Source: Octopus vulgaris (lineage: Eukaryota). From it: a stretch of DNA of 64,000 bases. Location: NCBI GenBank assembly GCA_951406725.2, contig OX597818.1, forward strand, positions 40,300,001 to 40,364,000, in the 5' to 3' direction. Numbering within the stretch: the stretch's first letter is position 1; each line of letters begins with the position of its first letter. The notes beneath the pieces were generated by a model. It searched no databases. It was not told the DNA's origin and was given only the letters and a program-made list of their open reading frames with translations. Positions 37,376 through 50,322 of the stretch are shown piece by piece. The translations under genes and the position numbers were made by a program.

Positions 37376-38132
37376 CTTTGCTGAAGCCTAATTATAATTA
37401 TATTCATAATTATATAAAGTAATGTATGTATGTATATATACATATATATATATAAATACTTGTACATATAGACACACGCATATATGTATGCAAGTATATA
37501 TGTATAAATGTATGTATATGTATAAACTTGAATAACAGAAGGAAATAAACACTGTCTTGTATATGAAAACCTGAATAAATAGTCGATTAAATCTTAATGT
37601 ATGTGTGAAATGGTTCCTTAGATATATAGAAATGTTAAAAGGTATTCGATGTACGTATTCTTAAAGTTATATCGCGTGTACACATTATTGAATTCGTATC
37701 GTTCTGATTGCTCGGGTGTACGTATTTAAGCGAATATATGTTTATGTATGTGTGTATGGATTTATGTTTAAATGTGTATGTGTGTGCATGTGTGTGTGTA
37801 TGTGAGTGTGTAAATGTATATATATTTAACGAAATATGCGCGCAATAAAAAAGAAAAAATACAAGAACAAAATAATAGCACGTATATTATAAACTTGATA
37901 GAGTTCGTTTTTATAACTTGAGATATATGAATTGTGAATGTAGCAGATGAATGGCGTTAGATAACTTCGGACCAAAGTCACAGCTGGCGTAATAAATGTT
38001 AATGGTAAAAGTTTCAAGACACATCATGTTATCAGCTGGACAAAGCAAGAATATATACTTGTCGTTAAGCGTTGGAGCTACAAAAATGTTACTTGTAGAC
38101 GAACAAACAATTAAGAGGAAAAGAAAGCCAAA

Positions 38133-38340
38133 GCAAGAAATGTTTGTCGCCACTTCAACATGGCTGTTTCGTACGAACGGACGTTGCTGCGATTTTTTAA
38201 CCCCAAGAAGACATTTCCTGTAGCTGGTTAACGATGCAACCTGCATCCGATATCTTGCGAGGAGTTTGCTCCCCTGCTCGCAATATATCGGATGCAAGCT
38301 GCATCGTTAAAGTGTTGAAGTGGCGACAAAGATTACTTGC
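38133..38340. mobile_element. MITE-like element with 28-bp imperfect TIRs and an internal TTAA-flanked 75-bp hairpin
   Basis: gcaagaaatgtttgtcgccacttcaaca and tgttgaagtggcgacaaagattacttgc; inner hairpin at 38228-38310. Confidence 0.7.
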
Positions 38341-38789
38341 CAGTGGAGTTACTGCGTTCATCTCTTAGAGATTTTATAACTAGCTTCTTTGCCTAAATTC
38401 GAAGCACTTCTGTTGAGTATGTAAAACTAGAGGCAATCTATATGCACTGACCTCTTGAAGAAACCATAGGCACAAGACCAGGCACAAGACCAGAAATTTT
38501 AGGCAAGGCTTTTATTTGGCGATTCTGAATCTTATTACTACACGGAGCTGTGAAAATCAAACAATTGCCAATGGAATTCTTTTTTAAAAATTCACTGAAA
38601 AAGCAGAAAATCTAGAAAATTGTGCCGTAGTGCTGGCGTAGGTGGTTCTATAGACGGTGGCGTAGCTGTTGCTCAACCCCAGGTCAGCTGTCGTTTCGTC
38701 ATATCTTTCCTTATAAGCAGTAGACGTAAGACCACATTATTATAGCTTTTATCCTTTATCTTCGTCTCTGATATTGGGTGGCGACTCTG

Positions 38790-39274
38790 CTGGGCCACCG
38801 CCTCGTAGGGACGTTAGTTAAACGAGTCGATCCCCAGTAGTTAATTTTTTAAAGTCTGGTACTTATTTGACCTGTTTTGACGAAACACTAACTTTAGGGG
38901 ACGTAAACAAATCAACACCGGTGGTCAGGCGATGGTGGGGAACAAACACAAAGACATACGTACACACACATACACATATGTGTACACACACCTACATACA
39001 TACATACATACATACATACATACATACATACATACATACATACATACATACATACATACATACATACATACACACATATATGTATATATACATACATATA
39101 TATATTATTTATACATAGGCGTAGGCGTGGCTGAGTGGTAAGTAGGTTGCTACCCAACCACATGGTTCCAGGTTCAGTCCCACTGCGTGACACCTTGGGT
39201 CTTCTACTATAGCTTCGGGCCGATCACAGCTTTGTGAGTGGATTTGATAGACGGAAACTGGAAGAAGTCCATCG

Positions 39275-39327
<53 letters not shown>

Positions 39328-39371
39328 TGTGTGTGTGTATGTATATATAAATGTGTGTGTGTGTGTGTATG

Positions 39372-39420
<49 letters not shown>

Positions 39421-39580
39421 ACGTACATTATAACTTAGCGGCTGGGCAAAAGACCGATAGAATAAGTACTAGGCTTACAACAAATAAGTCCTGGGGTCAA
39501 TTTCTTCGACTAACACACTTTAAGGCAGTGCTCCAGCATGACCGCAGTCAAATGACTGAAACAAGTAAAAGAATAAAAGT
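38790..39580. mobile_element. SINE A 3' half (about 38790-38960, -) and SINE A (39117-39580, +)
   Basis: Matches to the family A consensus. Confidence 0.8.
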
Positions 39581-39621
39581 GAAAGATACATGCATACATA
39601 CATACACACATACATACATGT

Positions 39622-39806
39622 AGCAGAAATATAACAAAAGCTGTTACTCAGAGTTTCACGTTCTCGTTCATCGGACAGTAACGAAACTCTGAGTAACAGC
39701 TTTTGTTATATTTCTGCTGCTTTTAAATAAAGCATATTACTCTACCTCTGGTATTTGAGTACTCTTTTTTCCACCTTGTTTCACATTTCTGTGCTTACTC
39801 CGGTAT

Positions 39807-39808
<2 letters not shown>
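39622..39808. mobile_element. Inverted Penelope pLTR-like element: 36-bp perfect inverted arms plus unique 3' tail
   Basis: 39622-39657 is the reverse complement of 39683-39718; contains an HHR; flanked by CATA/CA repeats. Confidence 0.75.
39641..39678 (-). ncRNA. Minimal type I hammerhead ribozyme with CCGAUGA core
   Basis: Minus strand ctgt-CCGATGA-acg-agaa-cgt-GAAAC-tctga-GTA-acag. Confidence 0.7.
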
Positions 39809-39847
<39 letters not shown>

Positions 39848-40022
39848 GAGAGAGTAAGCAGTGTTAGCGGTTATAATAACAGACTAAGGGATAAAATATC
39901 CGTATATACTATCGGTATCAGTTAACCATGTTATCCCTGGGCATGGGGAATGCAGGCACACTATGCTCGTAGTGAACAGGTGACAACAGAATAAATAAAA
40001 GCTTATCAGGAATCAACTATAA

Positions 40023-40246
40023 ATAATCAGAAAAGGGAGAAAACCTCAGATAAAAAAAAACAAAAACAAACAAACAAACAAATAATTGGACCATATCTAA
40101 AGCTTATTAATACAAAACATGATATAATATTTATGTGACATAGCAATTCTTAAATGTTATGTCGTGTTTTCTATTAAATAATAAGCTTTAGACGTGGTCC
40201 AATTGTTTTGTTTGTTGATCTAAGGTTTTCTCCATTTTCTGATTAT
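40023..40246. repeat. Imperfect long inverted repeat (about 100-bp arms, 17-nt spacer)
   Basis: ataatcagaaaa..aattggaccatatctaaagcttatt versus aataagctttagacgtggtccaatt..ttttctgattat. Confidence 0.8.
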
Positions 40247-40514
40247 ATATATATGTTATTCAGATGCTTAAATAATACGTACATATAAAAATACGGTGTG
40301 TGTGTCTCTGTATGCATATGTGCAAGAAAAATATTATGTATTCACATCACCAGGCACGCGATCCGGCATGCGATACAAAAAGAGGGATTGAAAATACTAC
40401 TGGCACACTCCAGGCCTTGTCTGAGGAGGGCACTAACCAAATAAATAAATAAATAAATAAATAAAGGAAAAATCCAAGACAAAGCAACCTGTTACGCATA
40501 TTGTCTGACTGTGC

Positions 40515-40870
40515 GATTCTACGTGGTTTATAAAATTGCATGTAGCAAATGTATGAAATTTTACACCAGAAGACCGGAAAATGTTTCTTCTGTCGAAAAA
40601 CGCCTATAGTAATACCACACTCAAGATATCTAAGTTTTCAATGACACTACAGAAAGAAACGTTAGGAACCTTAGAATAAAAGAATCTATTTTTAACAAGT
40701 ACAGCCCGGGAATTAATAATGAATCTGAACTGCACACAACTGATTGAATACAGAACAACCGTTCATACACATACACCACAGAGCATGGAATCCGCTATCG
40801 ATACCTTTTCTTCGCAAATTTCCATAAGAAGGAGACCTACCCCTGAAATATTGAAAAATCAGGTAACAGT
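40515..40870 (+). pseudogene. Penelope-like element remnant (GIY-YIG endonuclease)
   Basis: YVVYKIACSKCMKFY and NLRIKESIFNKYSPGINN match the VVY.I.C..C...YIG and L.IKES..I....P..N motifs. Confidence 0.7.
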
Positions 40871-41268
40871 AGGCGCAGGAGTGGCTATGTGGTAAATAGC
40901 TTGCTTACCAACCACATGGTTCGGGGTTCAGTCCCACAGCGTGGCACCTTGGGCAAGTGTCTTCTACTATAGTCTAGGGACGACCAAAGCCTTGTGAGTG
41001 GATTTGGTAGACGGAAACTTAAAAGAAGCCCGTCGTATATATGTATATATGTGTGTGTGTGTGTGTGTGTGTGCGTTTGTGTTTGTACCCCCAACATCGC
41101 TTGACAACCGATGCTGGTGTGTTTAGGTGCCCGTAACTTAGCAGTTCAGCAAAAGAGACCGATAGAATAAGTACTAGGCTTCCAAGGAATAAGTCCTGGG
41201 GTCGATTTGCTCGACTAAAGGTGGTGCTCCAGCATGGCCGCAGTCAAATGGCTGAAACAAGTAAAGGA
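40871..41268 (+). mobile_element. Full-length SINE family A
   Basis: Near-consensus copy. Confidence 0.92.
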
Positions 41269-41804
41269 GTTCTAACCATTGACCTGTATTATTCATTTTG
41301 TTTTGGAAATTCACGCAGAATTCACACATATTTACATATTTACCACTATGAACTCATAATTCCTAAATTTAACAGGAAAAGGGCAGTATGTTGGTGTAAT
41401 TGGTTATCACACTCATCTCGAAAATAAGAATTATGTGTTCGATTCCCACGTGTGTTAACGGCCATATTTTCTGTTACGTTCTAGAATTGTATCTGAAAAC
41501 CATTAGCTGTTACATGTGAGCGGGCTTAATGAAATAAACTCTAAGGTTAAAACAAAGAAGGGATTTGATATACATACATACACAAATTCAAGTAATCATA
41601 CATACGTACATATATACATATATACATACATACATACATACACATACATATATAAATATATAAATACATGCATATATACATACACAGATTCAAGCCATCA
41701 TAAATACCTACATACATACATACATAAATACATACATACATACATACATACATACATACATACATACATACATACATACATACATACATACATACATACA
41801 CACA

Positions 41805-42088
41805 CATTCAAGCCATCAATAAAATTGTAAAAGTTTGTAAAACTTTCCAAGAGTTTAGGATTTAAGAAAATACATGCATGTCTAGACATTCGACTATATA
41901 CATGAGAATACATACATAAAAAACACCCAGATAAATCTGTACATGCTCTGACTCCCATATGCAGCACACATACATGCACAAATACCTTATCGATGTTGTT
42001 GAAATTCCAATGAAGGAGCTTTGAATCTCGGTTAGAAACCGGCTCCTTCTCTATAGGCAGGAAACATTGAAATAAAACTGAATAATAA
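41805..42088 (+). mobile_element. 3' end of CATA-associated R4-like LINE
   Basis: IQAINKIVKVCKTFQEFRI* then UTR ending aaactgaataataa|catacata. Confidence 0.8.
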
Positions 42089-42559
42089 CATACATATCTA
42101 CATCTGCAAATATACATACATACGTACACACTACATACACGCATGTGTCTGTGAATATGTCTATGAATGTGTGTATCTTAGAACTAAATTATCTCTCTCT
42201 CTCTCTCACACGTACACGCAGACACATACATACATACACATTACAGACTCACACACTATACATAACCATTATCATATACCCCACTCTCTCGTTCTCTCTT
42301 TCTCTCTCTCTCCCTCCGTTCAAGATCACAAAAATTTACAAGAGTTTTATTAGTTCTACTAGCTGAACCTGTGCCATAAAAAATCACGGCTAATTATAGT
42401 ATTTTATATATAAATAAGGTATAAAATAAGGTGCATAATAATCACAGATACAAACGTTCACATACTTCCCTTGTACATGCATACACATACACACATATAT
42501 CCAGAGTTGAAATGCTGTTTGATTTTCTTTTCACCCTTGAACGTTCATCATCCCATTTC

Positions 42560-42609
<50 letters not shown>

Positions 42610-42883
42610 GCACGAACACCCGCACAAGTATTCACATGACTCCCTTTTACATAGACACACATATACACACATAGAGTTAAAACGCTGATTTTTTTCACCT
42701 CTCCCTTCCTTATTCATCTATCACCCCTTCCTTTCTCTCATTCTTATTACTTTCTCTCACTCTCTCTCAGACAGGGCTATTACTCTCACTACTTCTCCTT
42801 CACTGAATTACTATTTTCTCTCCTCTACCTTCACTTATACTACTCTTTTTCCAACGCCATCCTACTCCAACTCCGGGATTTTG

Positions 42884-42944
<61 letters not shown>

Positions 42945-43289
42945 GCACAAATATATAAAAAACACTACGCTCATTATTATATTAGGAGATTTAAGTAGCA
43001 GGCAGTAAACAACATTTATTGTATTGATAAGTGAACACTTGAGCCACTGAATCAATAGAGCGAGATACAGAGATGGTGATAGTGCAAGCCAATAAGTAGC
43101 TGTCCTTTGAAAGAGTGCATGCGTCTGTCATGGAGTACGGCATATTCGCCTATGCATGTATGCGCTTCTTTATGAATATCTGTGTATGCGTATGTAAATG
43201 CGTATGTGTTTGAGCGATTTTGTGTATGTATGTATGTATGTGTGTATGTGTGTATTTGAGAGTATGAAGCTGTTTTATCTTCTATTTTT

Positions 43290-43509
43290 CTCTCTTTAAC
43301 TTGTTTTAGTCATTTGACTTCGGCCATGCTAGCGCATCACCATCAAGGGCTTACTTGAAAAATAAAATCGGCACTAGGCCTTAAAAGCCCGATGCTTCCT
43401 CTATCGTTCTCGTGTCGCCAAATTGCTAAGTTACGGCAAGTTAGACAATAGACAAACCAGTACCGGTTGCCAAGCGGAAGTGTGGGAGAAACATAACACA
43501 AACAGAAAG

Positions 43510-43540
<31 letters not shown>

Positions 43541-43730
43541 CATACATACACACACCACCTTTCACCCGAAGAGATTCTTTCAGTTTCCGTTTACCGGATC
43601 CACTCGCAACGCCTGTATAGTCCCGGAGCCATATTAAAAGAAATTTGCCCAAAGTATCACGAAGTGGGATTGAACTCAAGACCATATGGTTGGGAGGCAA
43701 GCTTCTGAGTCACACACCCTCACCTGCTCT
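43290..43730 (-). mobile_element. Diverged SINE family A
   Basis: cttgttttagtcatttgact..tttcagtttccgttta..accatatggttggga. Confidence 0.75.
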
Positions 43731-43941
43731 TACATGTGTGTTGCGTGTTCTTTAGTTTTTCAATTGTCACGGTCATGCCCATGCTGGAGTCCCGTCCACT
43801 AAGGCGTGAGTGTAGATATGTAGGTGGGAAGTTCTTAAACGCAGAGAATATATTACAACATAACTAGCTTAGATCATTGAAGACAACTAAGAGTTACCAA
43901 TAATAATATATCCGAATCCCAAATTCTTCAACGGTGGTGAA

Positions 43942-44095
43942 TGCGCGTGGTTTAATGGTTAAGCTATTTGGCTCACGATTCTCGGCGGTGTGTTGTGGCC
44001 TTGAGCAAGATACTTTACCTCACGTTGCTTCAGTCCATTCAGCTTGCAAAAATAAGTAATACTTGTATTTCAAAGGGTCAGCCTTGCCAAATCCT
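43942..44095 (+). mobile_element. SINE family D, diverged
   Basis: gcgcgtggtttaatggttaag..ccttgagcaagatactttacctcacgttgcttcagtcc. Confidence 0.6.
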
Positions 44096-44114
44096 GTATC
44101 TATTTTTATTATAG

Positions 44115-44765
44115 CTAGGTTCCAACCCAGGCCGCAGCAGCAAAGCCTACCCACCATACCTCTCGGTCTATCATCACTGCCTCTGGGTCCTGGATACATT
44201 CCAGGCCAGTGTCTGCAATCGAATTGTCGATGTGTGACGACGTTTTGCTCTTATTACATGAAGTGGGTTCCACAAGACTAATTTGGATGTATCTCGTTCA
44301 GAATGAAGCATGTAGTGACCAGATAGTCGCAGCTGTAGTGGCCTGATCTTCTCGCTACCTTTTGAAAGGTCTTCATAAAGGCTTTCACTCGTAATATGTT
44401 GCTGCCGTTTCACATTTAGGGCCATTCAAAGCATCCTTGTATTGCAATGATTTAGCTTGTTTGTTAATTTCTTTATCACTCCGTTTCACTGTCATATAAT
44501 AGCACTGGTTTGACAGTTGTACTGAACAGCTTCAATTTGATTTGCCCGGGAAATTTGGACTTCCAGATCTTCATTAGTTTGTGACAGGCTGTTCATACTT
44601 GTGTCTTCCTGATCGTGATGTCTGCTTCCGAACTGCTCACCCAACCACCTAAGTACTTGAAGATCTTCAGCAACATTTAGTTTCGAACTGCTCAGAGCAA
44701 ACAGCTCAGCATCACTTGTTTGGTTGAAAATCATAACTTGTCTGAGAATTACATTAAGGCTGAGT
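44115..44765 (-). pseudogene. RTE-type LINE remnant (RT 3' part)
   Basis: FKYLGGWV..DITIRK..KLMKIWKS..IKLKLFSTTVKPVLLYDSE..MALNV..HIT..LRLSGH..LVLWNP. Confidence 0.8.
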
Positions 44766-45029
44766 GTGTCCGTGGCGTGGTGGTCATGAATAGATTGATT
44801 TTAATTTAAAAACAGACTTAACTCGGATTGACACGTTACTAAACGGCAATAGCAATATAACATTCTGGATAATTGTTCGTGGCATTAATCAGCATGACAC
44901 AGTCATTCAGCATCTGTTGAATTTTTTTCTTTATTTTAATTGTTAGATCTGGAGGACGGGACAATGCCTATGGCTTTCACAGGCCTCCTGAGCCTGGTAA
45001 AATTTATGCTATGAAGGTTCTCCTTTTAA

Positions 45030-45330
45030 TCTTAGAAAATCAACACACGCGGTAAAGGTATGAGTAGGGAGGGAATTTTAGAGAATCGAAGTTCTGGGGT
45101 GTCAGGACTAGGCGTAATGATGACTGGGGCCTGGGCGTGAAGGACATTGTAAGAATGACGAGAAGGGCAGTGAAGAGGGTGTTGGGAATGCACGAAAGGT
45201 AGTGACATGAGGCCATCCAGCTTCAAGAAGCAAAGTCTATTACAATAACGGAAGAAAAGGCAGATTAGGTGACAGCGCATATGTGTGCCGAGGGCGGGAG
45301 CATGTCTAAAAGTGACTTTATTTCAATCGG
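45030..45330 (-). pseudogene. Heavily degraded CR1/L2-group LINE C-terminus; may extend to about 46100
   Basis: HMRCHLICLFFRYCNRLCFLKLDGLMSLP..SRHSYNV resembles HRR...L.LFYRY..G.C..EL..L.P. Confidence 0.45.
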
Positions 45331-46624
45331 ACAGACGATCATTTTCGGATGCTTTGCAGACTTCTCTTTGGCCAAAGTCTCTGGGAGTAATTAGGTTGCG
45401 GTGTGACCTGTTTATATGTCTCATGTCTTTGCGGTCTATGATGCAAAAAAAGATGTATTATAAGAAATAAATAGATATGTTTTTTTTTAGCTTAGAGTTT
45501 ATCTCTGCTGTGTCATAGTATTTCCTGCTGTTATTTCTATTGAAAGCAATGGGGGAATACGGAATTCACTCAGTAGCAAGATCTTCTTCGTATTAGGAAT
45601 CTCACTAAGGAATTCTGAGTGAGACTATCATTAATGGAAGCAAGGAAAGGGCCGGGTTGAGTAAGCTACAGGAGAGCAGTCACTATGAGTTGGAAAGGAT
45701 GCTCGGTCATGTGCTACTCATATCCACGAAGAGACTAGCGATATCCTCGTTCAAGTGGAAGTACAGAGTGAGTGAGAGAGAGATAGATAGATAGACAGAC
45801 AGACAGATAGATAGATAGAAAGAAAGAGAGAGAGAGAGAGAGGACATGGTCTGAGAGTAGGTTTAAAATTAATGGTTGGAATCTCACGTCGCCCGATGCT
45901 TCACAGAGAGCAGGAGGTATTAAAACCAAGGCTAAGGAACCGCATGTACAACGATGGAACCCTAAATAGATTCATTCTTTTCCGGTGAGCTGCCAGCCAT
46001 AATGAATACATAAGCTGATAAGGGTGGCTTATGAATTTCGAAAAATGGAGAAATTTCACAATCGCGAGATCCAGGCACATATTGGTGCTGCTCAAAAGTG
46101 TGGTCTATGACAGTTCGACACACAAGTGTGGTGTGTGGTTTATGAATTTTGTGTCATTCTAACAAGGAGACGCCAGGCAATCACCAGGCAAGACAGGAAG
46201 AGAATCTAGTTTCCTGGCAATGTTGCTTATTGCAAAAACTTACACGAGCGAGACGTTCACAGCTCGCCAATTTACTAATGAAGAAAGAGGAAGCGTCTTG
46301 TTACTTCCTCGAGTTTACTGATGACTAAAAGTAACTCTTGATAGAGTAGAAGAAAACAACACATCGTGCATCAACAATGACACTCTGTGTTACAAGCTAT
46401 TAACTTGATCACGTTTGGTGAAGACTTTCTACTGCACAAATGTCAATTATCGTGTTTTGTTATGACAATTTCAATTGGACGTCTATGTGGGTGAACTGTT
46501 ACCTCCAGTTGATGACGAGTTTAAAGAAATTAAAGGCCTCTTTCCTATATTCAATGATATCTTTCCCACTCCACAGACGTGCGCGTATATTTTATATGTG
46601 TATGTATGAGTGTGTGCATTATAC

Positions 46625-46688
<64 letters not shown>

Positions 46689-47879
46689 TTATGCACATAC
46701 AAGCACATACAAGCTAATACATACGACATACATAGAAGATTAACAGCCTCATATTGAGAAATCTTTGCTGGACGCTGTGTTAAATACTTGAGGCAAGAAT
46801 AATTCGATCGCGAAAATATTCTAACTATCGATATCCCTAAACAACTTACCCTAAAGGTATTTCTGTTGAGGAATAATAACTTACCTACCTACCTATCTAC
46901 AAGACATTATTACTATAATAATCTAGCTACACATCTATCGAAATATTTACTTACCAAACCGCCCCACTTTCAATCGAATTTGTTTTAGATATATTTATTT
47001 CACTGACGATGCCAATCTCCATCGTTCGGACAAGTACACAGTCGCACTAAAGTTTATTGGATAGCACAAATTAATTGTAATGCATAGATGAGGGGGAAAC
47101 GAAGAAACGGAACGAAACAGCTGAAGGAAGAGAGAATAGATGGGGAAGAATAGATGCGAGTAGAGGATGGGATGTTATGTGATGTGATCAAATGAGATTG
47201 TAAGAGAGCATGAGCGAGAGAGAGAGAGAGGGAGGGAGGGAGGGAGAGAGGGAGAGAGGGAGGGAGAGAAGGAGAGAGGGAGAGAGGGAGAGGGAGAGAG
47301 AGAGAAAGAGAGAGAGATGGAGTTTACCGATTCACACGTCCGATATAAAAGCGAGCCTCCTTGTTACAGCGATCAAATTAGGTGTCCGCTCCATATTGCA
47401 ATGGAAGCTCTATATGTACACTTGAACTATGAAACAAAGCGTGTCGCTTTCGCTTCTTTCTTTTCCTTCCTTCCTTCCTCTTGCTTTTCCTTCCTTTCTC
47501 ACTTCCTATTTTTCTTCCGTCCATTCAGTTTTTGTCGCATTCATTTCCTTTGCAACAATCGTGTTTCTTTTCACAACCGGTAGTTGTAGTTCGTTTTTAT
47601 TTTTTAACCTTTTGCTTCATCTTTTGCTTTTCTCTGACCCCTCTTGATCTTCCTCGCCTTCCCTTGTTACTATTTATCCTTTCTTTCTCTTCTTCTCTTC
47701 TATCTATCTCCCTCTTTCTATCTATCTCTCTTTCCCTTTCAGTATGTCCTTCTCTTTATCACTCTTTCCCGTTCATTTTCTTTCTCTTCAACAGAGCACA
47801 TATCCTCTTGTCTAAATTCAATATCTCTACTTTCATTTTCCCTTTCCCTCTACCACCAGTTATGCTCCCTATGCATATA

Positions 47880-47939
<60 letters not shown>

Positions 47940-48453
47940 TATACATGTACATATTATATACATATGTATATATATATATATGTACATATTACACACACAC
48001 ACACACACACATATATAATATAATATATATGTATATACGTATGTATGTATATATATATATGTGTATATATATATATATTTGTGTGTATATATATATATAT
48101 ATATATATTAGTAAATAAACTTATATATATATATATATAAGTATATAAACTTATATATATGCATACATGCATATACACATACACACATACACGCAAACAC
48201 ACACATATGTCAATTTCATATTGTGTTATTCCATATTTCCTCCGTTTACCGCAAACTCCAGTTCTTCCCAATACGTTCAAGGCCATTATTTTGCATAAGG
48301 CTTCAACGTTCTGTTGTCCTTGAGAAACAAAGGCAAAGGTGCGTTGTTTAAACGACGTTTTCCTACTACGCTAAGTTTACCTCGGGCTACAAGCAAACAG
48401 AGACTCATACTGTAAGTTTTCCTCTCCTACTGCTTTAGTTTGTAAACTTATAC

Positions 48454-48455
<2 letters not shown>

Positions 48456-48484
<29 letters not shown>

Positions 48485-48562
48485 TGTATGTATGTATGTA
48501 TGTATGTATGTATGTATGTCTGTCTGTCTGTCTGTATGTATGTATGTGTGTGTGTGTATGTA

Positions 48563-48619
<57 letters not shown>

Positions 48620-48648
48620 GTGTATGTATGTATGTATGTATGTATGTA

Positions 48649-48679
<31 letters not shown>

Positions 48680-48962
48680 ATGTATGTATGTATGTATGTG
48701 TGTGTGTATGTATGTATGTATGTATGTGTGTATGTATGTATGTGTGTGTGTGTGTGTATGTATGTATGTGTGTGTATGTGTGTGTGTATGTATGTATGTG
48801 TGTGTGTATGTATGTATGTATGTATGTATGTATGTATGTGTGTGTGTATGTATGTATGTGTGTGTGTATGTATGCATGTATGTATGTAGGTATGTATGTA
48901 TGTACGTATGCGTGTGTGTATGTATGTATGTATGTTTGTATGTATGTATGTATGTATGTATG
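48456..48962. repeat. (TATG)n/(TG)n compound microsatellite
   Basis: Direct observation. Confidence 0.97.
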
Positions 48963-49507
48963 TGCGTACGTACATATATTTCTGTGTATGTTTATACCTA
49001 TACAAGCAAGTATACATATATAAATGTTTACATTATACACACACAGACACGTGCGTGTGTGCGTATAGCTGTTTGTACGTATGCACGTATATGTGTTTGT
49101 ATATGTACGTATGTATGTATAAACATACACATATTTGCAAGTGAGTGATTTTGTATGTGCATACGTGCGCGAATTAATCTCGATTAAGTAAGCTTATCTC
49201 TCTCTTTCTCTCATGTGTGTATTTTCATGAACATGTATACACACACACACATGTAGAGACACGTGTGTGTTTGTAAATGTATGTACATACTGGATCTTCT
49301 GTCAAGAATTCCGGATGAACCTACCTCAAGGCAAGAAACACAGATGAGGGCAGCATCGTCAAACTCCCTCATTCACGAAGTGTTAAATATCAAAGGAGGT
49401 TTAGTGAAAGTGTAGCAATGCAAACTGTGGTGCTCCAGCATGGACGCAGTCCTCGGGCTAAAACTAAGAAAGAAAGATGCATAATATATATATATATATA
49501 TATATAT

Positions 49508-49700
49508 GGCGGCACATGGCCTAGTGGTTAGAGCAGTGGACTCGCGGTGTGGAGGCACATGACCTACTGGTTAAAGCGGTGGACTCGCGGTCGAAGGATC
49601 GCGGGTTCGAATCTCAGACAGGATGATGTGTGTGTTTATGAGCGAAACACCGAAGCACCAAGCGGCTCCGGCAGAAGGTAATGGCAAACTTCTGCTGACT
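49508..49700 (+). mobile_element. SINE family B variant with duplicated tRNA head
   Basis: ggcacatggcctagtggttagagcagtggactcgcggt occurs twice in tandem. Confidence 0.8.
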
Positions 49701-49872
49701 CGCTAAGTTGCGAGGGCATAAACACACCAATATCAGTTCTGAAGCGATTTGCAAATACAGACAGGCAAACAGGCAGACAGACAGACAGACACATACACAC
49801 ACAGACTCATAAATATGTGACTGATTTTCTCAAGCGGCTAGATGTGGCTTCCCCTTGAGCTAGTAGGTAAAG

Positions 49873-50036
49873 ATTAAAGCAGAAAAAGAAAGGCAATCAG
49901 TTTGGCAAGACTTGACAAGGGTATTCAATTTAGCTATATAATAAAATATATATATATACCTAAACCCTTTAATATATAGCTAAAATGTCCTTGTCATGTC
50001 TTGTCAAACTGTGTACCTTTTCTTATCTGCTTTAAT
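49873..50036. repeat. Imperfect inverted repeat (about 65-bp arms)
   Basis: attaaagcaga..cagtttggcaagacttgacaagg..ttagctatata versus tatatagctaa..ccttgtcatgtcttgtcaaactg..tctgctttaat. Confidence 0.75.
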
Positions 50037-50037
50037 T

Positions 50038-50074
<37 letters not shown>

Positions 50075-50322
50075 TTTAGGAGGCTCGCTTCGAGAGTTGC
50101 ATTCGCTCGCGTTCGGTAAAATGTGGTTATTATAGTAGTTTTGACTTTAAGAGTCCCTCCTAGCGTGAAGCATTTATGTATAGTAATTCCCTTAATATAA
50201 ATAAATATATTTATAGAGAATAATTACTAAATTTTTCCCTTATGAAGTTTTTCACGCTACCTAATTGATAAATTCTTATAAAGATTTTTTATCCTATGTC
50301 TAAATTTTATATATATATATAT

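Noticed and set aside
46270-46350. CTAATGA and CTGATGA motifs with nearby hairpins
   Set aside because: No correctly placed GAAA or cleavage triplet.
49297-49345. Type III HHR-like ctGTC..CGGATGA..cct/agg..GAAAC
   Set aside because: Core mismatch, extra bases before GAAA and no stem I.
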